A stretch of DNA of 64,000 bases from Fonticula alba ATCC 38817 (lineage: Eukaryota; Protista; Nucleariida). The notes beneath the pieces are model-generated. The model made no database searches and was not told where the DNA came from. It saw nothing but the letters and a program-made list of their open reading frames with translations. Within the stretch, counting starts at the first letter, position 1, and each line of letters begins with the position of its first letter. The stretch lies in the NCBI GenBank assembly GCA_000388065.2, contig KB932204.1. One strand, 5' to 3'. The translations under genes were made by a program, and so were the position numbers. Positions 46,359 through 58,289 of the stretch are shown one piece after another.

Positions 46359-46431
46359 GGGGGCGTAGCTCAAATGGTAGAGCGGCCGCTTAGCATGCGG
46401 CAGGCAGGGGGATCGATACCCTCCGCCTCCA
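46359..46431 (+). tRNA. tRNA-Ala(AGC)
   Basis: GGGGGCGTAGCTCAAATGGTAGAGCGGCCGCTTAGCATGCGGCAGGCAGGGGGATCGATACCCTCCGCCTCCA; eukaryotic Ala-type ATCGA T-loop; T5 downstream. Confidence 0.95.
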
Positions 46432-49400
46432 TGTACCTCTTTTGTTGGCCGCGACGACGGGCTTTATTTCGACTCCTGCCGTGCCGGGGGAGCGGGGGGG
46501 CGGGCCCGGGCCGGCGCACGGTGCAGGGGAGGGAGGAGCTGGACCGATCTCCTCCAGAGTCAGTGGGCCGGGCGCACGCGGTGTGTCTTTTTGCGTGGCT
46601 GAGCACGGCATCCCCCGCCGAGGGAGATGGCACTCGAGCACTCCACTTGCCAGCGTGTGCGGGCGTGCGGCTCGGCCCCCTCCCCCCCCCGATAGGGTGG
46701 CCAGTTATGGCCCGAGTGGCGCAGTCCCAGGGGCGGCGTCGAGCCCTCATTCTCGCCGACCGGCACCTGCCCCTGGCCGGGCTCGAGCACGTCCTCCTGT
46801 GGCCGCTGGTCGGGCACCACCGCACTCGCTCTTCCGATGCCCGGCCACGGCACCGGCCGACCGAGACTGGCCCGACCACGCCGGAGGCACGGTACCCGGT
46901 GAAACGTGCCGCCCCACCGAGCACGACAGACTGGGACATGTGGGAGTGCACGGGCATCATGTCGTCCGGAGACTATTCTCGTGCTCATCATCCCGGAACA
47001 CAGCCGAGAAGGGAGGCACAGCACGAGGCACCCGAAGGAATGGGCATGACCCGTCGACAATTGGCCGACCGACACCCCCCCACACACAAGCCAACCCAGA
47101 CCCAGGGCGATGTCCCAGTGGTGGCTGACAGTGGTCGATCGATCTATTTCGGTGCATTGTCCATGTGGGGGTGTGGGTGCAGCGACCCAGGAACACCGGC
47201 ACGTTGCCGCCCGCTGTGGCATGCCCGATCTTTTGATGCTGCTCTCATTGGGACTGCCCTCGTTCAGCTGGGGGGGAAAAAAAAACACACCCACACGCAC
47301 ATCGAATGCATCCTGCCTGCCGGGCATTCCCCGGAGACGCCTCGCCGCCGGAAGGTCTGTCGCGGTGAGGCCGAGTGATTTTGCCCCTCCCCCCCCCTGG
47401 GCACCGTTCAAGCTCACACCCGCCGCCCCGATCCCCGACGAGCGCCCGCTGACCATGATGGCCGGATCACGACGACTCGAGAGGAATCATGTGGACGACA
47501 TAGTTGGGACCCATTCGTCGGGAGCAGATCGCGTTGCGCCCACGATCCCTCGCTGGCCGGCTGCCCGTGTCTAGCCCGGGCGCTCTCGCGCCCTGTGTGT
47601 CTCTCCCGCGCCATCTCGGGGCGGGGGATTCGCAATGTGAAAAGACCTCTTTCTCTCTCTCTCTCGTCCGGCTCCGCCGTCCAGTCCGCATGGGGGGGGG
47701 TGGGGGTAAAAACAGAAAAACAACCGCGGTCGACCGGGGGGGGGGGGGGGGGGGCGAGCGGCACCTCCCCCCGGCGATGGTGCCTGTGGTGTGCTCGGGG
47801 CCGGATTGTCCGGCATCTCCCCGGACAACCGGGTCCCAAGCTTGTCGCCCTGCTGGGTGGCAATTAGTTCCTCTGCCTGGCTGGTCTCCCGAGGCCTGCG
47901 CAACTTCCCCGGCGGAGGTTGGCGTGGGCGCCTTTTCCCGGTTTGCCTGTGATGCAGTGCGGCGCAGTGTGGCCGGCGCCGGCGCGGGACCGCGTGGAGG
48001 GGCTGAGGAAAGGCGAACATGCGTCCCGGCGCATGGGCCTGATTGTGATGAACTTCGTCTGGTTCTCATCTCGCTGCTAGCAACGTGCGTCGGGCCTGGG
48101 CGTCGGCCGGCCTCCCATCCCGGGGACCATGCGTGCTTGAGGGTAAGTTGGTGGGGATCTGCATTGGCATTTTTCCATCCTCCCCGCTTCGGCGCCCGGG
48201 CCGTGAAACGAACCCCCCGAGCGCGACCACGCCGCGAGGAGCCGCCTCCCCAGGCTCGATATTGTGCTCAAAACAGTGCCGGCCTGTCTTCGGGCGGCCG
48301 CATGTGGCGGACCACTTCGGCCACGGCAGCCGCCTTCAAGGCCCGACATGCTCGGCCCCAGCCTGGCAGGGCATGTCGCCGGTGGGGTTTTTTTTCTTTC
48401 CGGGCCCACCCCCCCGATGGCCGAGGCCCAAAAAAAAAAAAAAATCCCCCACCATCCATGTATTTGCTTCCTGGTGCCCGCGCGCAGGGTCATCGGGCCC
48501 CGGGGAGCTGCACGCCTGCTGACCTGCAGCCTCGGGCCCGGGTCTTGGAGAGGGAGGGGTCGCAAGCTCGGGTCCGCCTGGCGCAAGGACTCTCCGAGGG
48601 TCCGGCGCTTTTGGCCCTTGGCCGGGATGGGGCGTGCCCATTGGTCGGGCGGCGGGGGTCGCCGCGGGCGAGGCCCGACACTTGCCGACGTCCGGAGCGT
48701 GGGGCGGCCCCCCGGCCATTCCGAAAGGGCACGGGCAGGCGGCTGCGTCCGGCCGCCCAGGGAGGGGACATCCCGACCCCGACACCCGCATGGGAAAGAC
48801 GACGGCGGAAATCGGCTGAGCGACTGGCGCGATCTTCCCCGGGCGCCTGTTGCTGCCCTGGTGGCGATCCCGACTCGTTGAATGGTGTCGCTGGCAGTGG
48901 CGGCCCTCTTCGCGAAGAGGCCGCCCTTCCCTGCCGCCTCCCGGTGTACGCCTTTGCCGCCCGTGGCCGGGGGGCGTCCCTCAGGGTGGGAAATGACATG
49001 CTCGCGAGCGAGGCGAGCACGCCCTCCTGGCCCGCAGGCCCAAAGGGTTGCCATGGGGCATCTGGCCCTCTCGTAACGGTCCTGCCCGGACCACAGCCGC
49101 CAGGAACTCGTCCCTCGGGCGGCGGGCACGGGTTGGGACAGTGTGTGTGTGTGTGCGGGTGAGACTGTCCCATCCTTTCCCGGACGGGGTCCATGTCGTG
49201 TGTCCCCTCCTCCTTCCCCCCCTGTGAGGGGAGGGCTTGAGCGGTGTTGGCCTCCACGCCGCCGCTTGTCCTGGTGCTATATCGCTCCTGCAGCCTGCGG
49301 CTCGAAGATCCTGACCTCGGATCTGGCCAATGGTCTGCCAAACGAGACATCCAGCTGAAGGATCTCCCGCCAGTGGGTCACATCGCGTGACAGTCTCGCG

Positions 49401-49990
49401 CTTCGCGTCTGCTTGTCGAAACACCCCCTCGGCCTTGCCCCCTCTCGCTGCTTGAGGGTCTTTGATGGTTACCTCGCCCCTCGAAGTCTCAGTGTGGCTC
49501 CATGTGTGTGTGTGTGTGTGTACCCGTGTACGACGGGCGCCTGAGCCCTCCCTTGCTCCAGGGAATGGTTCCTCTTTTGCTTCCCAGGGGCAGTAGTCTT
49601 GGGCCGCGAGCCGGGGAGCGTGCTCCCGGTGGCCCCGCCAGAGGGGAGGAGGCGCTTCGAGCCGGTGTGGGAGGCGCGCAACGCCCAAGTCTGCCAGGAG
49701 GGCCATCCCTGTTCGGTCTCATGCAAGATGCTGGCGATCCGCTTGAAAGGACCACAAGGTGTGGCCGGGCCTGGTCCAGTCCATCACCTCTGCCCCCCCC
49801 CCCCGCCCCGGCGCCTCCCTCGTCTGTCCTTCTGAGCGTCTTTTTTGTCTCGCCCCAGCCGTCCGGCCCTCTTTCGCTGGCTCTTCCATAGACACACACA
49901 CACACACACCGGCCGCCCCCTCCGACGGAGACCACCGGCCGACGCCCTGAACGCTGGTGCTGCCCCAGAAAGCCGACGGCCGGTGCCAGG

Positions 49991-52900
49991 ATGTTGTCGG
50001 TGCTGCCGGTGCTGCTACTTCTGTCGGCCCTGGGCGGCTTGCTTCCAAGGGCCGCCGCGCAAGAGCGGGTCTTCCTCCACCAAGCCCCCTACTCCGTCCA
50101 TGATGCGAGCCTGGAAAGTGTCTTCTACACCCCGCTGGATGCCCCCTCGATGACCGGAGTCCGGACAACTGAGCTCCGGTGGGACTTTTACAAGCAGGGC
50201 AGCTCCTCGGCCTGGGAGGCCGACAACCGATGGGGAAGACTGTTTTCCCTGGCCTCGGTCTCGCACTCGGCATACTGTCCCCGCCTGGCGGCAAGCTGCA
50301 ATACCCCGGTCCTGGTTATCCCCTCGGAAACGCAATTCCCCGTCCTCATCCAGCACACCCAAACGTGGGCTGCCTTCTTCCAATCGAGCTCGGTCAGCAA
50401 TTTCCCCAGCCCCCCGGCCGAAGTCCTGGCGGCAATCGGGATTGCAACGAAAAAGGCCTTCATCCTGGGTGCTCGTGTGCAGGCTGGCGGTGTACGCACG
50501 GTCTTCCTGTCGCGCTTGGAAGACACCAGCCTCAGCAGCATCCCGCTGAGCAATGCGCCCGCGCCGACGAGCGAGCCGGTGCTCGGGGTTCCGGGCCCGG
50601 GAAGGGTGTTCTATCTGCTCTGGGCCCAGCAGGCATATCGCGTGCTTGTGACATCCGACTCCAGTGCCAGCATTTCGTCGGCCTCCCCGGTCGGGGCCTT
50701 TGTCCAGGCATTTGCCACCCGGCTGGTGACGTCGGCCAGCGACTGCCCGGATGCCGCGGACCTGGTGGTCATCGACCCGAACGGCGGGATTCGGATGATG
50801 CCCTGTCACGGGGGCTCGGCACCGGCGGCCGCCACACTCGCCACTGACATTCCCCCGGGCACGCCTTTGGAGGGGCGCTTTCTCATGCCGCTGGCCACCA
50901 CCACCGGAGACTTGGTGCCCTACTTCTACTATGCCGCCCCCGCCGGGGGGGCCCTCTGGCGGGTGGATGTCCACCCGGTGGCCGGGGCAACCTGGCGCCC
51001 GGTGACCTTGCCTCCTGGCGTCCCCGGCACCCAGGGCATGGAGATGATCCGTCTCCGCAGCGGGGTCCTACCCTCGGGGCAATGGGCCCTGGTGGATGCC
51101 GACCGCCAGGCTCTCTTTGATTCCGAGACCTTTGGCTGCCACAGTGATCCCAGCATCATGTGCGACAGCCCGACCGGGACCTCGGCCTCGACGCGTGCCT
51201 GGCGCTGTGCCGACGACCGCGCCGAGTCGCCGGCCGTATCGCCGGATCAGATGTGCGCCGGCTGCCCGGCCGGCTGGTACCTGGACCGGCCGTCCGGTAT
51301 GTACCCCTCGAGGGATCCGCCCGGAAGCATGCCCCCGCATCCTGCTTGCCTTTCTTCGCGACTGACCACCGGCCGCCGTGCCTCGGACATCCCCCTGCCC
51401 GGTGAAAAAAAAAACACCCCCCTCCCCATGCCTCGGCGCGCTCCTGGGGCCGATAGGCGAGGCGCCCTTCGCCAGTCCGGGCCACACTTGTCGGAAGTGC
51501 CTGGCCGCCAACTGCCTCACATGCAATGCCCTCCACTGCCTGGTTTGCCAAAGTGGCTACATGCCGCAGCCGGACCCCATCAGCGACCGGGTCATCTGCG
51601 TGACAGCCTGCTCGCCAGGCTACCAGGCTGTGGCTGGCGTGTGCCAGCCCCAGGAGAAGCCCCTGCCGACCATGGCTCTGGCCCAGCCGCAGCCGGAGCT
51701 GGTGGCCGGTTTGCCGACCGGAGCCCAAGTGACGGCCATCGGCGAGACGAGCCTGTCGCTCGATTCGGCCGGGGCCCCGATCGCCCCGTCGGCCGGGGCC
51801 CCCCCGGGGCATGCGGCCAACCTGCTGGTGTTTGTCCGCGCCAATGCCACCCGCCGGGTGTACCTCATGCCCAAGAGCCACATTGGCCAGTCCAACAACC
51901 CGCCCCTGCTGGAGGTGGCGCCCCTTCCCTGGACCCTGACCAAGCAGGTTGTCTCGTTCATGGAAATGGGCCCCTTTGTCGGCAGCTCGAAGGTGACTTT
52001 CGGGCATGTCTTCTGCTTCGGAGACGGGACTGCCGGCATCTTTTGGACCTCCTGCCCGGGGAGTCCTCCGACGGGGCCGTGCACGGCCCCCACGCAGATG
52101 CCCAACTTCCGCGAGGGCTGCCGGCGCCTCTGGAGCTTGGGCCCGAGGCGGATCGCCCGCGAGCTGGACGACCAAGCCATTGACATCTATACGGCCGATC
52201 TGACGGGCGACGAAATCAACACGATCCACATCGCCGGGCTGGCCCATGTGGTCCATTTGGCGGATCCCCCGGCCGGCGGGCCCCCGGCGGCTCGGTCGCA
52301 CCTGGACACCTGGCTCCTGGCGTCCGGCCATGCCTGGCCGGCCACCGCACTGCCGGTGGGCTATCTGACGGATGCCGCCCTGAGCAAGCCCCTGCACGGG
52401 CGGCTCCTGGCCGGGATGCCGAACGAGAGGGAGCTCCTGCCGATCATGATGCCGCTGTTTCCCGACGCACCGGGCACGGTGCCGGAATTGGTGCTCATCC
52501 ACTGGCCGAATGACATCTGGACGGTCCGGCGCGTGCCGGGGGATGTGGTCCCCTCCGGCCGGTCGGTGGGGCTGGCCCCGGCCGAGCAGGCCCTCGGGCA
52601 GCTCCCCGCGTCGCTGGGCTCCGTGTCGGAATCCGCCGGCCGCGTGCGCTTCCAGGCATTGGACCTTTCGGCGGCCATGGGCTGGGAATATCCCAGCGCA
52701 CTGCTGCTCCTGGCGAGGGAGTTCCTCGGCGTGGCGCTCTTCCGGTGCTCGGCACCCACCGGCCCATGTGCCTTCCTGCCGGCGCACTTCACGTCCCTGC
52801 CGGCCCCCCTGCCAGGCAGCACGGGCCTGTGGCTGGCGGCCGTGAATTACATCCCGCCCGGACTTGCCGGCGGGGCCACACTCCGGCCCCCCTCCGGTCG

Positions 52901-55900
52901 GCGGGAGTATGCTGTCCAGCAGAATGCACCCGCATCCCTGGATGTGCTGCTGTTTGCCGAGGATGTCGGCCTGACGCGCGCCGCCCTCGCGGTCGAGTGC
53001 CCGGCCGGGACCTTCCCCCCGGCATGCGATCCGTGTGATGGGCTTTGCCGGGAGTGCTCCGGGCCCGGCCGTGGCAATTGCACCGCATGTCGCACTTGGC
53101 TGGCCAGCCAGCCGGGGGTCTGCCTGGACGACTGCCCGGAGGGCCTGAAGTCGAGCCCCACCGGCGAGTGCACCTGCCAGGATGCCTGTCTGGAGTGCGG
53201 CCTGGCCGGCCAAACGGCCGGGCCATTTGTCTGCACGAAGTGCATGCCGCAGATGGCCTTGGTCGAGGGGTCGAACGGGCTGAAGGCCTGCGAGCCCTGC
53301 CACGACACCTGTGCCGAGTGCATGGTCCCGAGGGATTCCGCTGCGTGCGTGGCGTGCAGCACGCCGCGCTTCCTGCACCAAGGGCTCTGCTTGGAAGCCT
53401 GTCCGGGTGGGACGTGGCCGGATGGAGTCGATCGCCAATGCCGAAGCTGCCCGGCCGGTTGTACCGCCTGCTCCGGGGCCGATGCCTGCTCTGCCTGTGT
53501 CCCGCGGTTCTTCCTCGCTGGCTCGATGTGCGCCGAGTGCGATGCTTCCTGCGCGTCGTGCCAAGATGGCAGCAGCTGCTTGGACTGCCGGCCGGGGATG
53601 GTTTTCCTCCGGTCCGATCCCGGCATGGCCTCGCTGTGCGGCACTGCCTGCGCCGTGGGCGAGTATGCTGGCGCCGACCGGTGCACCCCCTGTGCCGAGG
53701 CATGTGCCCTGTGTGCCGGGCCCGGGCCGGCGGCTTGCCAGGTGTGTGCCACCGGGTACCGGTGGGCCGAGGCGGCGCCGGCCGGCAATCGCCCCGGCAC
53801 CTGTGTCGAATGCCCGCTCGGCTGTGCTTCCTGCACCCGGGCGGACGTGTGCATGGCCTGCATGGAGCCCCTGCTGCTGACGAGCGAGGGTACATGCACG
53901 AGCACATGCCCGGCTGGCAGCCACTCCAACGGCGAATCGTGCCAGCCATGCGACGTGTCCTGTGTCGAGTGCGTCGGGCCGGGTGCCGAGCACTGCACCC
54001 TCTGCGAGGAGGGGCTGGAATTCCAGGCAGCCAGCGGGCCGGGGGGCTTTTGCGTGTCCCCCTGCCCGGAGGGCCAGTATCGCGAGGCCGCCGGCGCGGC
54101 GTGCGTCCCCTGCCACGAGGCGTGTGCCACGTGCAACGGCCCGACCGACCGGGACTGCTGGCGCTGCAACAGCGGCCTGCTGCAGGCCGGCGAGTGTGTG
54201 CAGGCATGCGCCAGCACACACGTGGCCGAGGGCAACCAGTGCAAGGCCTGCCACAAATCCTGCCGCTCCTGCACCGGGGTCCTGTCGACCGACTGCCTGG
54301 AGTGCAGTGCCGACATGCTGGCCCTTCTTTCGGGGCCCTCCCAGCGGCTGAGTTGCGTCACCGAATGCGGCCTGGGCTCCAAGCGGCTGGATGACACCTG
54401 TACCCAGTGCGAGGGCGAGTGTGCCGCCTGCCCGGAATCGGTGGACACATGCACCACCTGCAAGCATGGCTGGAAGCTGTTCCGGGCCGGCTGTGTCGGT
54501 ACATGTCCGGCCGAGTCCGCCGACCAGGGCAACGTGTGCTCCACTTGCCACGCTTCCTGTGGCACCTGCTACGGGCCGAACCCGGGGAATTGCACCTCCT
54601 GCCCGGGGGCCTTGCCGCTGCTGCACGAAAACCACTGCTACGACAGGTGCCCGGGTGGCACCTTCCAGGCGGGCCAGGAGTGCCAGCCCTGCGGCGCCAA
54701 CTGTGCCGCCTGCTCCGGGCCGCAGATCGACGATTGTACCGGCTGCCCGGTGGGCCGGGTGCTGAAGGATGGCATGTGCCTCGCGGCCTGCCCGACCGGG
54801 TGGTATGACCATGAGTCGGAATGCGCTCGCTGCCTGCCAGCATGCCACACATGCGACCGGGCCGAGGGATGCACCGGCTGCCGGCCGGGGGAGGCCTTCC
54901 TCGGGCCGAGTGGCCTCTGTGAGCCCGGCTGCCCGGAGGGGTGGCTGGCATGTTCGATGGACGCCCAGTGCCGGCCCTGCCCCCCGGGCTGTGCCACATG
55001 TGCCTCGGCGAAGGCCGACTGCGCGGCCGAGTGCCAGTCCTGCGAGCAGGGGCTCTTCCTGTCGGCCGGTCGGTGCTTGGAGGCCTGCCCGCCGGGGGAG
55101 TTCCTCCACCCGGAGGCCAATGCCTGCCAGGCGTGCACCGGCAAGTGCAAGACCTGCCACGGGGCGGCCGACATGTGCACCAGCTGCTCCGAGGGGTATT
55201 TGTCGGTCGAGACGGGCATCTGCCTCTCCCAGTGCCCGGGTGTGGGCTATGCCATGCTGGCCGGGCCGGACCCCGTGTGCCTGGCATGCCCGGATGGCTG
55301 CGAGCGGTGCACCGCCGACGAGTCGGACCCGGGGTCGGGCTGCACGATCGACCCGCACGGCTCGATCCACTGTCCGAGGGTGAAAACGTGCGACATCTGC
55401 CACTCGGGGCGCTTGCTTCTCCGGTCCTCGGAGTGTGTGCCCAAGTGCCCGGAGGCGGGCTACTTCCCGGACCACGAGGCACCTCGGCCCATGTGTGTGC
55501 CCTGCCATGCCCAGTGCTCCGGGTCCTGCTCGGGCCCGGGCGCCGATGGATGCACGGCCAGCCCGGGCATGCGCCGGAAGCTTGGTACGTCCGACTGCCC
55601 GAACATGCGGCCCGATTGCCTGCTAACTCGGTTCCGGTCCCTCCGGCTGGCGCGCGCCCATTCGACTGCTCGGATTCTATGTATCAAGCGATCGGCCTGG
55701 GCATCGGGCTTGGGGTTTTGCTCTTGCTCATCCTTTTGGCGGCCCTGCTCTTGCTGCTACTCCGGCTGCGGCGAGCCCGCCGGCCGTATGCCAAGCATGA
55801 CGTGCGCCATTCATGGACCGCGAACAGGGCCGGCGGCTTGAGGGGGGGGGGGGGGGCGCGGGTATATGGAGTGCATGTTGGTCGATCGACCGTCTGCTTT

Positions 55901-57635
55901 TCTCCCGCGCTAACGCGTCTTGCCCCCGGGGGTGCATATTTCCACTGTGAGGCAGGATTATGATGAGGGTGCGCGCGCGCGGCAGCCATGCTTGGCGGAG
56001 CAGCTGACGCCTTCGGCGTCTGGCTGCCTGCCTTTCCCGCCCCGAAGTGCCTTGTCACTTGCTGCAAGTGGATGCTCCGCTAACCGCTCGCCCACCTTTC
56101 CCGCATGGCCAGATGGCACGGTGCTCAACACCATCGTGGAGCTCTCGCTGCCGGGGGTGATTTTGGTCCATCTCGAGGCCGACTTTCTGCCCCTCCCCGA
56201 TGGGAACCTGGGAGTCGGCGGCCAGGCGCGGGTCTTTGCCGCACGAGCCATCGGGGCCGGGATCTCCGAGCGCCTTGGCTGCCCGGACACCGTGGCCATC
56301 AAGATCCTGAAGGGTGCGATGCGGTGGAGTGTGGGGGCGCAGGGGGGCCGATTGCCTTTCCCTTTGCATCTCATTCGCAGCCACCATCCTCATGCTGACC
56401 GAATCCACGCCACCCGCCGGCCATATGCCACCGATGCCTGATCGCCAGCCGACAAGATGACGCCGGTTATGAGGGCCCTTTTCCAGAGCGAAGTGGCTCT
56501 GATGTGGTGCGTCTTCCGGCGGAGCTCCTGCGCGGTGTCGGTCCTGGTCGCGGTCTTTTGCTCATGTCTGTCTGGTGGGGGGGGGGGTTGGGAACTCCCC
56601 TTTCGGGGAAGTGCTGTGCTCTTCTTTTCGGGCCCGACGGCCGGGCCGGCGCCCTTGGCTGACGGATGGCGCGGGTGCCCAGGCTTTTCCGTGATTGCCC
56701 GAACATCGTCCAATTGTATGGCTATTCGGAGGAGCCGCCGGCTCTGGTGATGGAACGCTTCGACACGGATCTGGCGACCATTCTCCATTCGGACTTGGAG
56801 CTGTCCCAGGAGACGGTGCTGCATTTGATCGAGCAATGGGGTACGCCCGGTCCCGGGGTGGGCCTTTCGCAAGGGGCTGTCTCGCACCCAGCGCTCTGAC
56901 CCCCTCGCCATTGGTGTTTGTTTGCGCGTGTGCGCGTGCGCGTGTGTGTATCGGCGGTGCGGCGGCGGCCACCACACAGCATCCGGCCTGGAGATCATGC
57001 ATGCGCAGGGGGTCGCCCATCGTGACCTCAAGCCGGGCAATGTCTTTGTCAAACAGGCCCCCGGCGGCGGATGGTATGCGGCGCTCGGGGACCTGGGCAC
57101 CAGTCAAAGTCTCAGCCAGGACCGTTCGTCGGTGCTGGTCAACCAGGCGCCCGAGCTGAATGCCCTGACCGTGCGCTATGCCGCGCCGGAGGTCATGCTG
57201 GCCTTCGAGGGGTCGCGTGCCATCGAGAAGGAATACCTGCTGCCGGCCGACATCTACAGTGCGGCGATCATGCTCTGGGAGTGCCTCACGCGCAGCGTCC
57301 CCTGGAAAGGTGCGCCCACACGAATGCTCCCTGGTGGGGGGCGGTGGCAGCGCCTGTTGGCGGAACAGCCCGCAGACTGGTGTCTCTGACACATGTGTGC
57401 ATGTTTGGTGGTGATGGTGCATGATCGTCCTCGGCCCGGGCCATGGCATTTAGGCTGTCCCTTCAAGCAGATTGCCTTGAACCTCCGGGTGGGAGATCGG
57501 CCCGCGGTGGATTTCTCCGGGCCCCTTGCCGATTTGGTCACCATGGCATGGGACACAAATCCCCACGCCCGGCCACTGGGATCCTCCTTCCGGCAGAAGG
57601 TGTCCATGGAGCTGTCGCTGCGTGCACACCTCTAG
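49991..57635 (+). CDS. Receptor-like TKL protein kinase: signal peptide, large ectodomain with ~18 furin-like Cys repeats, TM, kinase
   Basis: Phase-consistent exons: 49991-51296, 51457-55584, 55689-55801 (TM IGLGIGLGVLLLLILLAALLLLLL), 55956-55968, 56113-56313, 56449-56506, 56683-56840, 56980-57310, 57454-57635. Kinase motifs: GVGGQARV, VAIK, FQSEV, HRDLKPGN, DLG, RYAAPE, DIYSAAIMLWE. Confidence 0.9.
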
Positions 57636-58217
57636 AGTCGCATGGCCGGGACAAGGTGCGGAGCTGTGCCTCTGTGTGTGTGGGTGTGTGCGCGCGCGCG
57701 CGCGCGCGTACGTATGTGCGAGCATCTCGAAGGGGGGACCCTTCGCCGGTGCGGGCGAGGTCCAGCACAACAACAGGTGTCCCGCATGTCGCCCGATTCG
57801 CGCCCCCCCCCCCCCCCCTTGTCTGCCCTTGGGGCCATGCGGCCCTGGCTCTGGGGGGGCGGGAAATACACTAGACTCTGATACTCTCCGCAAGTGACGC
57901 CGGCACGCCGGTCGGACGCCGAGAGGGGTGGCCCGACCCGCCTCGGGGCTGAGCAGGAGCCGCGTCGGCACTGCACCCGCGCCACCGCCCGGCCCCGGCT
58001 CCGCCCCTCCCCCGGAGCCAAGCGAGCAATCCTCCCACGCCCCGAGGCCCGGGGCACCGCATGCCTGGCAGGCAGCGGCAGATCTGGCGATGGGCAAAGA
58101 AAAAAAAGCTGGGCAGAATGCGCCCTGGAGCAGGTGGAGGATATGGCCCCCCCCCCCCCCCGCCCCCCGATCCGGACGGCCGGTCTCTTTTTCATGGGAC
58201 CATGCCCAAAAGGAAAA

Positions 58218-58289
58218 TGCTCATTGGGTGGATCGAACACCCGACCTCCAGTTTACTAGACTGGCGCTCTACCACTGAGCTAAACGAGC
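58218..58289 (-). tRNA. tRNA-Thr(AGT)
   Basis: GCTCGTTTAGCTCAGTGGTAGAGCGCCAGTCTAGTAAACTGGAGGTCGGGTGTTCGATCCACCCAATGAGCA, followed by TTTT. Confidence 0.95.

Noticed and set aside
42633-49990. Possible transposon or LTR remnant in the protein-poor region around the tRNAs
   Set aside because: No reverse transcriptase, integrase or transposase motifs, terminal repeats or target-site duplications could be seen.
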